64,000 nt of DNA from Leucoraja ocellata (lineage: Eukaryota): NCBI GenBank assembly GCA_036785375.1, contig JAWMAR010001515.1:186001-250000 (forward strand). The letters run 5' to 3'. A model generated the notes under the pieces. It was not told the origin of the DNA and searched no databases. It saw only the letters and a program-made list of their open reading frames with translations. This document shows positions 25,331 to 37,740 of this stretch, one piece after another. Position numbers and translations under genes: made by a program. The stretch's first letter is position 1. Each line of letters opens with the position of its first letter.

Positions 25331-26207
25331 CCCCAAAGATTAATAGAATCTGGGAATGTGGTGAGTTTAGAATACAGGGAAAATACAGGAAAACATTGCT
25401 CTGTGAGCCAGAATAGACAGGATGAGTCAAAGGGGCTTCTTTCTATGTTGTATGGAAATGTAGTTATTTCCTCCTAGTAATTCCATCATTTGCTGTGGCC
25501 ATTCTCTTAGGCAGAACATTCTTCATTATTTGCTTCATACGTTACACCACGCATCCTTTCCATCATATGCTTTCTTCCTAACAACATTTTAAATCTTTCT
25601 TGCTCCACATTAGCTCCAATATTGAAACTCTTCTAAGTGTTTTTGCTTTGATCAGACGATCATTTTAAACAGCATGCATTGACGTTAAGCAGTCTGCTCC
25701 TCCAACTGGCTCCAACCTGACAAGCTTTTGACATCTATATCCTGCCTTGCAGTATATCCTGTTCATTAATCAGCCTGCCTCATCAACCTATACCTCTGCT
25801 CATTCTCTTGCCCTTGCTTAGAATACACTCCGTTGCTTTCTATTATTGCAGCGCTAATCCCAGCCTTCAATCCCTGTTTTCATCATTTATTTAGAAAATA
25901 CCTCCTTGATTAATTAAATATGATCCAACGAAAGACCTTTGAAATGAGGTAAACATTGTAAAATTAATGTTCACACGCAACGTCATGTGACATTGAACCA
26001 GCCTTAATTAACATCTTCTGATATCAAAATTAAAATTACCAAAATCTTAATAGGATGCAAAATTGACACCAGTGCTTAATAGTCAGAGATAATAGGGATT
26101 GCTGATTCACAACATGAGAAGAAAAGTACATTGAGGTCTTCTCATCAGATGAAAATAACTTAAAAACAAATGGAGGTCATGGTTATATAACACTAACCAT
26201 GAGACAT

Positions 26208-26435
26208 CTATAGACAATAGACAATAGGTGCAGGAGTAGGCCATTCAGCCCTTTGAGCCAGCACTGCCATTCACTGTGATCATGGCTGCTGATCTTCAAT
26301 CAATACCCCGTTCCTGCCTTCTCCCCATATCACTTACTCTGCTATCTTTAAGAGCTTTATCTAACTCTCTCTTGAAAGCATCCAGAGAATTGGCCTCCAC
26401 TGTCTTCTGATGCAGAGAATTCTACAGATTCACAA
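26208..26435 (-). mobile_element. CR1 3' tail
   Basis: Reverse complement of the CR1 end (ctatagacaatagacaataggtgcaggagtaggcc). Confidence 0.75.
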
Positions 26436-26660
26436 TCTAGAAACAAATCTATATTACTAAATCTCTGATCTTGACCGCTTTTGGCCCACTGTGCTGCGAT
26501 TTCTGACAGAACGCTGCCACCTAGGGCCGTCATTTTTGGCCACCTCGCTCAGAGCCCCCCTCCGCCTTACGGGTGCAGAGGATTTTTCCCATCGATGACA
26601 AATCAGAGAGATATTAATGTTTAAAAAAGATTCACCATTCTCTCTGCTGCCTCTGCTGAA

Positions 26661-26712
26661 GGGAGGGGGAGCGACTATAAAACCAGGAAGTGGTGTGCCT
26701 CACTCAGTCTCT
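26661..26712 (+). promoter_or_regulatory. Pol II core-promoter-like motif set (G-rich box, TATA, ETS-like, Inr)
   Basis: GGGAGGGG; TATAAAA 26676-26682; CAGGAAGT; TCAGTC with its A at 26706, 30 nt from the TATA start. Confidence 0.45.
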
Positions 26713-26821
26713 GCAAGATGGATGAAGCTTAGGGTCATGTCTCTCTGAGCTCTGAATAACATGGACAAATGTCTACACAACTGTGAGTACCCTTAATGTG
26801 GTTTGAAAATGAAAATATGGT

Positions 26822-28572
26822 TTGTTTGAAGTAAAAAGGCACTGCCTGCAAATGGTTGTTTGGGTGCTTTGGCTTGAAGTTGAAAGGCACTACTTACTGC
26901 AAATGGTGGCTTGGGAGCTTTGGCTTGAAGTTGAAAGGCACAACATACTGCAAACAGTGGCGGGTGGTATGCTTGAAGTTGAAAGGCACTACTTACTGCA
27001 AATGGTGGCTTGGGTGCTTTGCTTGAAGTTGTAAGGCACTACTTACTGCAAATTATGGCTTGGGTGATTTGGCTGGAAGTTAAAAGGCACTACTTACTGC
27101 AAATGGTGGCTTGGGTGCTTTGGCTGGAGGTAAAAAGGCACTGCCTGCAAATGGTTGTTTGGGTGTTTTGGCTTGAAGTTGAAAGGCACTACTTACTGCA
27201 AATGGTGGCTTGGGTGCTTTGCCTTGAAGTTGAAAGGCACTACTTACTGCAAATGGTGGCTTGGGAGCTTTGGCTTGAAGTTGAAAGGCACTACTTACTG
27301 CAAATGGTGGAGGGTGATTTGCTTGAGTCGAAAGGCACTACTTATTGCACATGGTGGCTTGGGTGCTTTAGCTTGAAGTTGAAAGGCACTACTTACTGCA
27401 AATGGTGGCGGGTTATTGGCTTGAAGTTGAAAGGTACTTCTTACTGCAAATGGTGGCGGGTGCTTTAGCTTGAAGTTGAAAGACACTACTTACTGCAAAT
27501 GGTGTCATGAAGTCGAAAGGCACTACTTACTGCAAATGGTGGCTTGGGAGCTTTGGCTTGAAGTCGAAAGGACCTACTTACTGCAAATGGTGGCTTGGGT
27601 GATTTGGCTTGAAGTTGAAAGGCACTACTTACTGCAAATGGTGGCTTGGGTGTTTTGCTTGAAGTTGAAAGGCACTAGTTACTGCACATGGTGGCTTGGT
27701 TGCATTGACTTGAAGTTGAAAGGCACTACTCACTGCAAATGGGGGCTTGGGTGCTTTGCTTGAAGTTGTAAGGCACTACTTACTGCAAATTATGGCTTGG
27801 GTGATTTGGCTGGAAGTTGAAAGGCACTTCTTACTGCAAATGTTGGCTTGGGTGCTTTGGCTTGAAGTTAAATTGCACTATTTACTGCAAATGGTGGCTT
27901 GGGAGCTTTGGCTTGAAGTTGGAAAGCACTACTTACTGCAAATGATGGCTTGGGTGCTTTGGCTTGAGGTAAAAAGGCACTTCTTACTGTAAATGGTGGC
28001 TTGGGTGCTTTGGCTTGAAGTTGAAAGGCCCTACTTACTGCAAATGGTGGCTTGGGTGCTTTGCCTTGAAGTTGAAAGGCACTACTTACTGTAAATGGTG
28101 GCATGAAGTTGAAAGGCACTACTTACTGCAAATGGTGGATTGGGTGTTTTCCTTGAAGTTGAAAGGTGCTACTTACTGCACATGGTGGCTTGGGTGGTTT
28201 GGCTTGAAGTTGAAAGGCACTACTTACTGCAAATGATGGCTTGGGTGCTTTGGCTTGAGGTAAAAAGGCACTGCCTGCAAATGGTGGCTTGGGTGCTTTG
28301 CCTTGAAGTTGAAAGGCACTACTTACTGCAAATGGTGGCTTGGGTGCTTTGGCTTGAGGTTGAAAGGCACTACTAATTGCAAATGGTGGCTTGGGTGCTT
28401 TGGCTTGAAGTTGAAAATCACTACTTCCTGCAAATGGCGGCTTGGGTGCTTTGTCTTAAAGTTGAAAGGCACCACTTACTGCAAATGGTGGCATGAAGTT
28501 GAAAGGCACTACTTACTGCAAATGGTGGCTTGTGTGCTCCGGCTTGAAGTGAAAAGGCACTACTGCAAATGC
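26822..28572 (+). repeat. Tandem minisatellite, 51-bp unit, about 35 copies
   Basis: Consensus GGCTTGAAGTTGAAAGGCACTACTTACTGCAAATGGTGGCTTGGGTGCTTT with shorter variants; explains the 17-aa-repeat ORFs. Confidence 0.95.
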
Positions 28573-28741
28573 ACTTACTTCCTGTTTGCACTGTATATTG
28601 ATTTTAGATACCACTTACGACTGTGATTTTTGGCTATCTTACTCAGTCCCCCCTCCGCTGAGCAGGTGCAGAGAATTCTTCCAATCAATGAAAAATAAAA
28701 GTGTTATTAGTGTTTAAAAAATGTTGAGAATCTCTCTCCTG

Positions 28742-28828
28742 CCAATCACGCCCTGAAAGCCACACCTTTCAACCGGTGGGAGGGGGAGGGGTTATAAAAC
28801 CCAGATGTGTGGGTGTGGCTCAGTCCCT
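28742..28828 (+). promoter_or_regulatory. Second Pol II core-promoter-like motif set (CCAAT, G-rich box, TATA, Inr)
   Basis: CCAAT 28742; GGGAGGGGGAGGGG; TATAAAA 28793-28799; TCAGTC with its A at 28822. Confidence 0.45.
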
Positions 28829-28944
28829 GTATGATGGGGGAGGGAGAGGTCATGACTCTGTCTGAGCTGTGAATCAACTGAACACACTGAATTTCTACTG
28901 AACTGTGAGTTTGGTGTTTTGTGTGGTGTTATGGTGGTTTGACC

Positions 28945-29152
28945 CGGCATGAAATGGTAAGAAGCTGCATTTGAATTTGGTGGCCTTCGACCCTGCTTGA
29001 AGTGGAATGAAACTGCACTTGAATTCGGTGGCCTTGCACCCTGCTTGAAGTGGTTGGAAACTGCACTTGAATTTGGTGGCCTTGCACCCTGCTTGAAATG
29101 GTAGGAAGATGGATTTGAATTTGGTGGCCTTGCTCCCTGCTTGAAATGGAAT
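28945..29152 (+). repeat. Tandem repeat, about 45-bp unit, 4-5 copies
   Basis: GAAACTGCACTTGAATTTGGTGGCCTTGCACCCTGCTTGAAGTGG-like units. Confidence 0.9.
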
Positions 29153-30397
29153 TTCAAGGAATAGTCATGAGTCACCTGCCAGCCCACCAGCCGTGAGTAA
29201 GCTGCCAGCAGATCAGGCTTGAGGGACTGAGCTGCCACCCCAAGAACCCATACCAGCACTCCAGAAAGCCCCCCCACTGGCCTCCAATATTGGAATTGGT
29301 GGAGAGGTGGAATATTGCGTCGGGGACCAGCCCTCCCGTGTGAACATGGGACCCAACGGGTCCCACTTATTCTAGTATAATATACAATGCATGACCAAAC
29401 TAAAGAGAAAGCTACCTTCAACTCATTAGAACGACAGAAAGGTAGGTTCTAATGGAAGGTCACTAAAGGAAACCATTGACTCCATTTCACTTTACATGGG
29501 GAACATCTGATATGTTTTTGTTTTCTGCAATCTCTATTTATTTAATATCAGAAATACATATCAAACTAAAGAAGCATTTTTGTATCCAGTATAAGCCAGG
29601 CATGAGACAGGAAAAACTGAAAAAGAGATGGGGGTGCAAGGGACAGCGCCCCTGGCAGGGGTAAAAGGGTGCAGCGCCCCCTTTATTCAGAATTGTTTTG
29701 ATAATTGTACCTTGAAATGACACTGTTTTCTTGCCTGTTCACCCTTTATTTATACTGTCATTTTTTTATTGTACCTTAAAATAACACATTTTACTTGCTT
29801 GTCACTTCTTAATTTACACAGAAAATTTGTGATAATCATACCTTAAAATCACACCAACTCCTTGCTTGTTTACACTTAAGTCATATTGAAAATGTTTTAT
29901 ATTACACCTACACCTACTTGTAACATACCTGTTCCTTGCTTTTTTGATAATTATTCCTTGAAATGACACAATTTCCTTGCTTGTTTACCCGTAATTTATT
30001 CTGTAATTTTATTTACCTTTAACATATTTTACCTGATTGAATCAGGTACAAAAAAGAACATTGTAGTGTCTATGACATACAGACTCTTGAATGCAGTGTG
30101 AGCGTTGTGTACGTGTATGTAACCCTGGTACGGTAGGCCAAGGGGACAGAGCACTAGCCGTGGAGATGTGCCTGCAAAGACGGTCGGCCCGCACCCGCAT
30201 ACATGCTTTCCGCTAAAATAGACTCCGTGTATTTCCACGTGCTCAACCATCGGCGCAGCGCCTCACTGTCTCGCGGAAAGCCATTAATAGCGGAGATTTA
30301 GACAGATTTTTTTTTAACCAAATTTCAAAATCCACGGAGCCGCGGAGAAATGTCATGTCTGAAATCATTCAATGTAATGTAAACAAAGTAAAATAAT

Positions 30398-30502
30398 GTG
30401 AGAGAGAAAGGAGAGAGAGAAGGAGTGACAGAGAGAGAGAGAGAGAAGGAAAGCAAAAGAGAGAACGAGAGAGAGAGAGAGAGAGGGAGAGAGAGAGAGA
30501 GA
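30398..30502. repeat. (GA)n-rich microsatellite
   Basis: Direct reading. Confidence 0.9.
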
Positions 30503-31528
30503 CATGTTTATCAGCTGCTGAGAGCATCGCTATGGATGGTAAGGATGAGGAGGCAAGGGTTAGTCCTCAGGGAGATGGCGAAAGTTACGGGAGAGGGAGG
30601 GGTAAATACTGAACACGTCTCAGTCTATATGAAGCAGTACCACACCACACAATGTAATTAACTGCTGGGCCACCTGGGAGGCACTTTATTTTAGAGTGTG
30701 CAGTATGGTCTTTAGGCAATGTGCACTGATATTTACCGAGCAAAACAGCACTCCAAAATGAAAGGGATGTGTTTGCCCCCAACACCACTGCTTTCGGACG
30801 AGTGATTAGTCACATTGAAACTTCATTCAACAAGAATGAACTTAAAACACTTAGAAGTCTCATTAGAAGTTACCTGGGGAAAAAATGGCACTATTCCTAA
30901 CACATGTCAAAGACAAGTATTTGGTGCAACTTTGGGATCTTTTCTGCATGTTAAAATATACCATTGAGTAGATTGAAACAAATTATGTTTTCCACAAGCA
31001 TTTTGATTTCCAAAACACAAAAAATATATTTTGAACGAAGCTCCTAGAATCAGCCTTTAGCCAATGTGAATTCTAGTTAACGTTTACAACATTTGCTTTA
31101 AAGAGTCTCAAAAATGTTAATAAAACAAATCTCTAAAAAAAGTGCAAAAATTGAAATGTTTTCCTCACAACATGTTTTGGTACCATGGAATCATTTTAGA
31201 TGCATCAGAAATAGGTTTTGGTTTGCATTACAACCTGATATGCAAAAGCTTCATCATCATTGTAATCAAAACTACTGTACATCACCCAGGGATAAGCTTA
31301 CCATAAATTTAAACTGAAGCTAATTCTTCTTCAAAAGTAACCATCTGTATGAACACACTCACATTAATATCACAAGGATACTTGGAGACTGCTCATTTCC
31401 TACATTTCCGTTCCCTTTGGAATTAATTGCAAACTACTTATTCTCATGATATATTAATGCTGTATCACATTGTTCTTTAGTTCTGTGAACCAAAGCATTG
31501 GTTGATTCTAAATAGCTACCATACTTAC

Positions 31529-31687
31529 TGTGTAAGTGGTCAAGCAAGCTGCCATTTTTCATTAATTCGGTAATAATGTAAATTGGCTCTTCAACAGTGC
31601 ACACAGCATACAGCTGAATTAGCTTGGGATGTCTTAATTTTTTCATTAATTGTGCTTCCCTTAGGAAGTCCTGCTTGGCCATCGTAC
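31529..31687 (-). CDS. FRK: FRK kinase exon (alphaC helix to hinge), 159 bp
   Basis: (G)[52 protein letters not shown]; ttttag acceptor and gtaagt donor. Confidence 0.95.
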
Positions 31688-32034
31688 CTAAAAATAAACA
31701 CATTAAACAAATTCTAATCACCTTTACTCTTATCCAGGAAGATCCATGATAACATCTAATAGGCATATTATATTCCACACATAGTTGACAGTGATATATC
31801 TTCTTTGAAAATAAAATCATTCCTGTCCAATATTATTTATTTGAAAAATAAATTTCACTCCTGTTCGATGTCATAGTCATAGTCATAGAGCACAGACACA
31901 GGCTCTAGGGCCCAATTTATTGCTGCTGTCCAAAATGCTCATCTAAGCTAATCCCATTTGCTTGTGTTTGGCCCATGTCCTTCTAAACCTTTCCTAGAGT
32001 ACACCTAATATAATATGAATACATTGAGGTAGCA

Positions 32035-32568
32035 ATTCCTAATTTGAGGAAGGGCATCCTTGCTATTGAGGCAGTGCAGTGTAGGTTCACAAGGTTAATC
32101 CCCGGATATCGGGACTGCTATATGAGGAAAGATTGGAAAGACTGGGCTTGTATTCACTAGAATTTAGGATGAGAGGGCATCTTAAAGAAACGTATTAAAT
32201 TATAAAAGGACTGAACAAGCTAGATACAGGAAAAATGTTCCCATTGATGGAGAAGTCCAGAACCAGGGACCACAGTCTAAGAATAAAGGGTAGGCCATTT
32301 AAAACTGAGATGAGAAAAAACTTTTTCACCCAGAGAGTTGTGAATTTGTGTAATTCTCTGCCTCAGAGGCAGTAGAGGCCAATTCACTGGATTAATTTAA
32401 AAGAGAGTTAGATAGAGCTCCTGGGGCTAGCGGAATCAAGGGATTATGGGGAGAAGGCAGGCATGGGTTACTAATTGTGGATGATCAACCTTGATCACAA
32501 TGAATTGCGGTGCAGGCTCGAAGGGCCAAATGGCCTCCTCCTGCACCTATTTTCTATGTTTCTATGTT
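32035..32568 (+). mobile_element. CR1 LINE 3' fragment
   Basis: Homologous to 8695-9236, with (TTTCTATG)n tail. Confidence 0.85.
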
Positions 32569-32880
32569 TAATTCTACTTGAAGCTAAGTGTATTAGCGCC
32601 AAACAGCTCACTGGTCCCACAAACTTCCAGGCCATTATTTTCCAATGCTGATCTGTTCAAAATTAAAAAGAAATGTTGTTTCAAGGTGAAAATGGAAGAA
32701 AGGCATAGGTTTGTTTCTGCGACTGCTGAGTGGAATTACTTTTATTAACCTCCCATATACCTACTCACTATGATGCTACTGTATCACTATTTCATTGAAA
32801 TCCTTTCATCTAGCATTACCTAATTTCCGTTCTTATATTTCCAGGCAATAGCAAAGTTCAACCAAGATCCAATGTTGATT

Positions 32881-33035
32881 TGTGTAGGAAAGACCTGCAG
32901 GTGCTAGTTTAAATCAAAGGTAGACACAAGATTCTGGAGTAACTCAGCGGGACAGACAGCATCTTTGGAGAAAAGGAATGGGTGACGTTTCGGGTCGAAG
33001 CCCTTCTTCAGACTGATGGGTGATATTTTGGGTTT
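32881..33035 (-). mobile_element. Penelope-derived terminal fragment
   Basis: Same terminal sequence as the 20470 copy. Confidence 0.8.
32981..33014 (-). ncRNA. Minimal type I hammerhead ribozyme-like motif (Penelope-associated)
   Basis: Minus strand AGT-CTGAAGA-A-GGG-CTTCGA-CCC-GAAA-CG-TC-ACC: CUGAnGA/GAAA core, stem II, palindromic ACGU in place of stem III. Confidence 0.6.
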
Positions 33036-33039
33036 AGCC

Positions 33040-34545
33040 AAGTAATGTTCTCAGCTAATGACTCGTCTTCAGTGTGGACGGGCTTGCAAGAAATCACCAG
33101 CTACAAGAGGAAAACCCCCCACTCCTTGGGCAATCGTCTGCTGACCACAGACCTGAACGAGTTCTATTGCAGGTTTGAAAGACAGAAACATAACCCCCTC
33201 CCCCACCCACTCCTCTCCAATCACCAATCACCACTTCACACCTACTTACAGCCTGACTCCAGTTTGCAAAAACTGGACCCTCCTCCACTATCCGCCCCCT
33301 TCTTGCTGCCCAACATCAGTCTGGCCACTTCTCCATCATTAGCAATAGAAATTGAGGAGGTGGAAAAGTTATTCAGGAGACAGAAAAGCAGGAAATCTCC
33401 AGGACTGGAAAATGTTTCCCCCTCTACCCTCAAGCTCTGTGTCGAACAACTGGTACCAGTCTACACAAATATTTGCAATCAGTCCCTGCAAACCTGCACT
33501 GTCCCTGCCTGCTTCAAAGTCTCCACTATATAGTGATCTGCCTACAGACAGGAGGTGACACAGCTAGCATCCTGGTGCCATCGCAACAACCTGGGGTTCA
33601 ATGTTCTTAAGACAGTGATTGTAGACTTTAGGAGCACTTCCCTCCCCCCCATTCACCATCAACAACACTACAGTCACAACTGTGGAGTCATTAAAGTTTC
33701 TTGGAACCATCATCTCAAGGGACCTTAAATAGAAAGCCACAGTGGAGTAGGAATTCCACAATCAAAAACGCCCAACAGAGGATTTACTTCCTGCGGCAGC
33801 TGAGAAAACCCAACCTGCATGTCTGAAGAAGGGTTTCGGCCCGAAACATTGCCTTTTTCCTTCGCTCCATAGATGCCGCTGCACCCGCTGAGTTTCTCCA
33901 GCTTTTTTGCGTACCTGCCACAGGCAATGATGGTCCAGTTTTACACTACCATCATAGTCTGTCCTCACTTTCGCCACCATGTTCTGGTTTGGCTCAGCCA
34001 CCAAGCATGACATCCGGAGGCTGCAACACATCGTTCGATCAGCCGAGAAGTTGTTGTCAGCAACTTTCCCCCCATTGACGAACTGTACACTGCAAGGGCC
34101 ATGAAGCGAGCGGGTAAAACCATCTCTGGCGCCTCTCAGGTAGACAAAAATGCTGGAGAAACTCAGTGGGTGAGGCAGCATTTATGGAGCGAAGGAAATA
34201 GGCAACGTTTCAGGTCGAAACCTTTCTGCTGACCCCTCTCACCCTGGCCACATATGCTTTGGCACTTCCCTCGGGGAGGTGACTCCAGACTGTCAAAGCC
34301 ATCACAGCCAGACATAAAAATAACTTTTTTTTTCCATGAGCAGTAGCTCTACTCCACTGACAAAAGCCTGTGACCTCTTTTTGCTCTGGTATTTTATCTT
34401 CATGTTTAAATTATAATGTTTTATTTTTAATTTTCTACTGTATATCGTGTTTTTATCCTTGCGAAAAAAGCACCAAAGCAAATTCTTTGTATGTATACTA
34501 TACATACATGGCTAATAACATTTATTCAATTAAATTCAATTCAAT
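33040..34545 (+). mobile_element. Rex1/Babar LINE, internally deleted, with two Penelope-end insertions
   Basis: SVWTGLQEITSYK, DLNEFYCRFE, KSPGLENVSP..LKLCVEQL..VPACFKVSTI; 3' region with (AATTC)n tail. Confidence 0.85.
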
Positions 34546-35219
34546 GGTTTGCAATTTGTATCACTGTACTTTGTCAGCATAGATTCAATGCCTCTGATGG
34601 CTTCCTTTAAGTAGTCCATTCAAGTCGTCAAGTCACGTTTATTTGTCACATACACATACGAGATGTGCAGTGAAATGAAAGTGGCAATGCTCACGGACCT
34701 CTGTGCAAAAAGACAAACAACCAAACAAACTATAAACACAATCATAACACACATATACCTTTACATAATAAATAATGGAAGGAAAAACGTTCAGTTTTGT
34801 CATGTTTAGTCTAGCTTAGTTTATTGTCACGTTTAGTCTAGCTTAGTTTATTGTCACGTGTACCGAGGTACCGTGAAAAGCTTTTGTTGCGTTCTATACT
34901 GTCAGCAGAAAGACAATACATGTTTACAATCAAGCCATTTATAGTGTATATTTACATGATAAGGGAATATGTTTGGTGCAAGATAAAGCCAGCAAAGACC
35001 GATCAAGGATAATCCGAGGGTCACAAAAGAGGTAGTTAGTAACTCAGCACTGGTCTCTGATTGTGGTAGGGTGATTCCGTTGCCTGATAACAGCTGGGAA
35101 GGAACTGTCCCTACTAACAAACTTTGTGATGCCTTAGGGGAAGAAGTCTCCAGTGAGGGTACAACATAGCATCCCTAACAGTGACTATATTGTAGAGCAG
35201 AGTACAGATTAACATTTAT

Positions 35220-36482
35220 ATGGGTTTTGTGAGGAAGATACGGCAATAATCATGGACGATAATAATTATCAAGCTCACAAAGTGTATTCAGAATGGTTTG
35301 TCAGAGTGAAACAGTGAGGAACCGACCAGGGAGCAGGCTATTTGAGGTCTGGTATTGTAAAAGGATACAAGATTAATTAGATATCTTATAATAAAGGATC
35401 CCCCAGGAAAGATTCTTCACAGCATTGCAAAGTTTCAAATTCAGTTGAAGGTAAGAAATTTGAGTCAGAAACCTGTGTGCTAGACTTATACAAAGGCTAT
35501 TACACTTGTAGGGGCTCAGAGGTGGTGAAAGCAGATGGCAAAATAGGTTAAAGGGTAAGATAATGAATCAACTGTGACAGATATTTAAGAAATCATTTCA
35601 CAAATTTTCAAAATATGCGTATTCTGCTACAAAGAAAAGACTCTACAAAAATGATGCACGTTCCATGGGCATCTACTAAAGTGTAGGATGGTGCTACAAT
35701 GAAAGAAACACCATACAATGGTGTGAAAACATAGTGGTAGTAGGCCAGAGGACCAGAAATCTTTTAGTAACGAACGATCAATAACAAAAAAAATTTCAGA
35801 GAATGGGAAAATATAGAGTACAAGAGAAAACTAGCAAATTATATTAAAACAAGTTAAGATCTACAGGTATATACCTTAGTTCACTAAAGTAAATGTTGGT
35901 CCCTTAGAGGATCAGGTAGGAGGGAAGGGGGGATAATAATGGGATACAGAATTGGCTTCATGGTTGGAAGCAGAGGTGCTGGTTGAAGGGTAATGTTCGG
36001 ACTGGAGGCTTGTGACTAGTGCTGTGCCTCAGGGATTGGTGCTGGGCCCCATTGCTGTTTGTCATTTCTATCAATGATTTGGATGAGAACGTACAGGGCA
36101 TAATTAGTAAGCCTGCAGGTGGCACTGAAATAGATGGTATCGTGGACAGTGAAGATGGTTATCAAGGGCTGCAACGTGATTTTGATCAGCGAGGCAAGCA
36201 GGCTGACCAATGGCAAATGGAGTTTAATATAGGACAGCACCTGCCCCAATGTGATTACTGACCACCTAGATTCCCCAGTCTCTCTTATTGCCTCCTGTCA
36301 GGTGTGATACAAGGTGCAGTCTCCCCCCCTTTAGTTATCTGCACGCTTTTTCCCACTGTGAATACTTCTCCATGACAACAAGCTCAGGGTATTGAGGCCA
36401 ATATGGGTTCAGCCACAGTCTTGTTGACTGGTGGATCAGGCTCAAGGGACCATCAGCTTACTCCTACTCCTGTTTTCTATGT
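35220..36482 (+). mobile_element. Old degraded CR1 fragments
   Basis: PLLFVISINDLDE..WQMEFN at 36019-36261; CR1-like tail near 36400-36482. Confidence 0.6.
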
Positions 36483-37464
36483 ATCTTGAGTTTCTTCTGC
36501 TTCTTAAAAGCTTTCCATGGTCCTAGTTTCATGTAATCAACACACTTTTCACTGTTTCCAAATCCAGATAACTTATAATAGACCAACTAAAAAATAGTCC
36601 AAAGCACATAGCATCATTCAGCATCATTGACTTAAATTTTGTTTCCAATCTTCCAAACTATTTCCCATATGCCTCTTGTGTCCTTATCTGTCCATAAGTT
36701 TCTTTATCAGTTACTAATTATTTTTACAAAATTACAATATAATAATTTCTCCCTATTTAACTTATTCATTACCTACATCTTCACATCTCGACATAATGGC
36801 CTTGAACTTCTCTCATGTAGGTAAATATGATTTGGTATTGTTAGCACAGGCGGTACGGTAAAAAATAATTCCATCCAGGTCAGTCATGAATGTGGCGCAT
36901 ACACTCCTGGAACCCATTGATATGTACGCTGATTTTAAGCTCAAAATAACAATGATACAGGTCTTAGCAAAAAGGTGGCACTTTGTTTTGGTATTAGTTT
37001 AAAGGCCCAAACTTAAGTGGTCCATTGTTGAGGTGATTTTCCTTGAGTTACATTCCTTCGTATCAATTTTAATCCCTCCATACTATCGCTGCCACTGCTC
37101 CGAGTAACTCCCCTCCTTCCACAAACCCTCACTTCTCTGCACAGCTCATGGTCAATTTCCTCGGTGCCCCTTGGACCCCGAGTTATTGCCCTTCCCCAAA
37201 TTTCTCCTCAACCTTCCACTTGTGATTCATATCTTCTGCTTCTCTACCAAGTCATCCACATGGTCCTCTCTCAACCACTCCACGCCTCCCACCCTTGATA
37301 ATCCCTTTGTGACTATTTGCATGTGAAAGGTGTACCCTGCTGACATAGTTAATAACAAAGCTTCAAGAGCCCTGCCCCATACTGGACGATGCTTCACACA
37401 TGTAGTCAATGCTAAGCTATTATCTCTTATACTAGCTTTCAATACCTTGATTAGCATTCCTCTA

Positions 37465-37740
<276 letters not shown>

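Larger units (their letters stand above)
26448..29375 (+). mobile_element. Non-autonomous Helitron
   Basis: 5' a|TCTATATTACTAAA; 3' hairpin TGGGACCC-AAC-GGGTCCCA (29347-29365) then CTAG|t; inserted between A and T with no TSD. Confidence 0.85.

Noticed and set aside
26822-28572. CRISPR-like array or repeat-protein gene
   Set aside because: Units are contiguous with no unique spacers, there are no cas genes and the context is vertebrate; the ORFs arise from the 51-bp periodicity and are broken by indels.
29596-30300. Possible DNA transposon (CAGCGCCCC repeats, weak GAGACAG/CTGTCTC inversion, loose AT-rich repeats)
   Set aside because: No convincing TIR pair or TSD could be defined.
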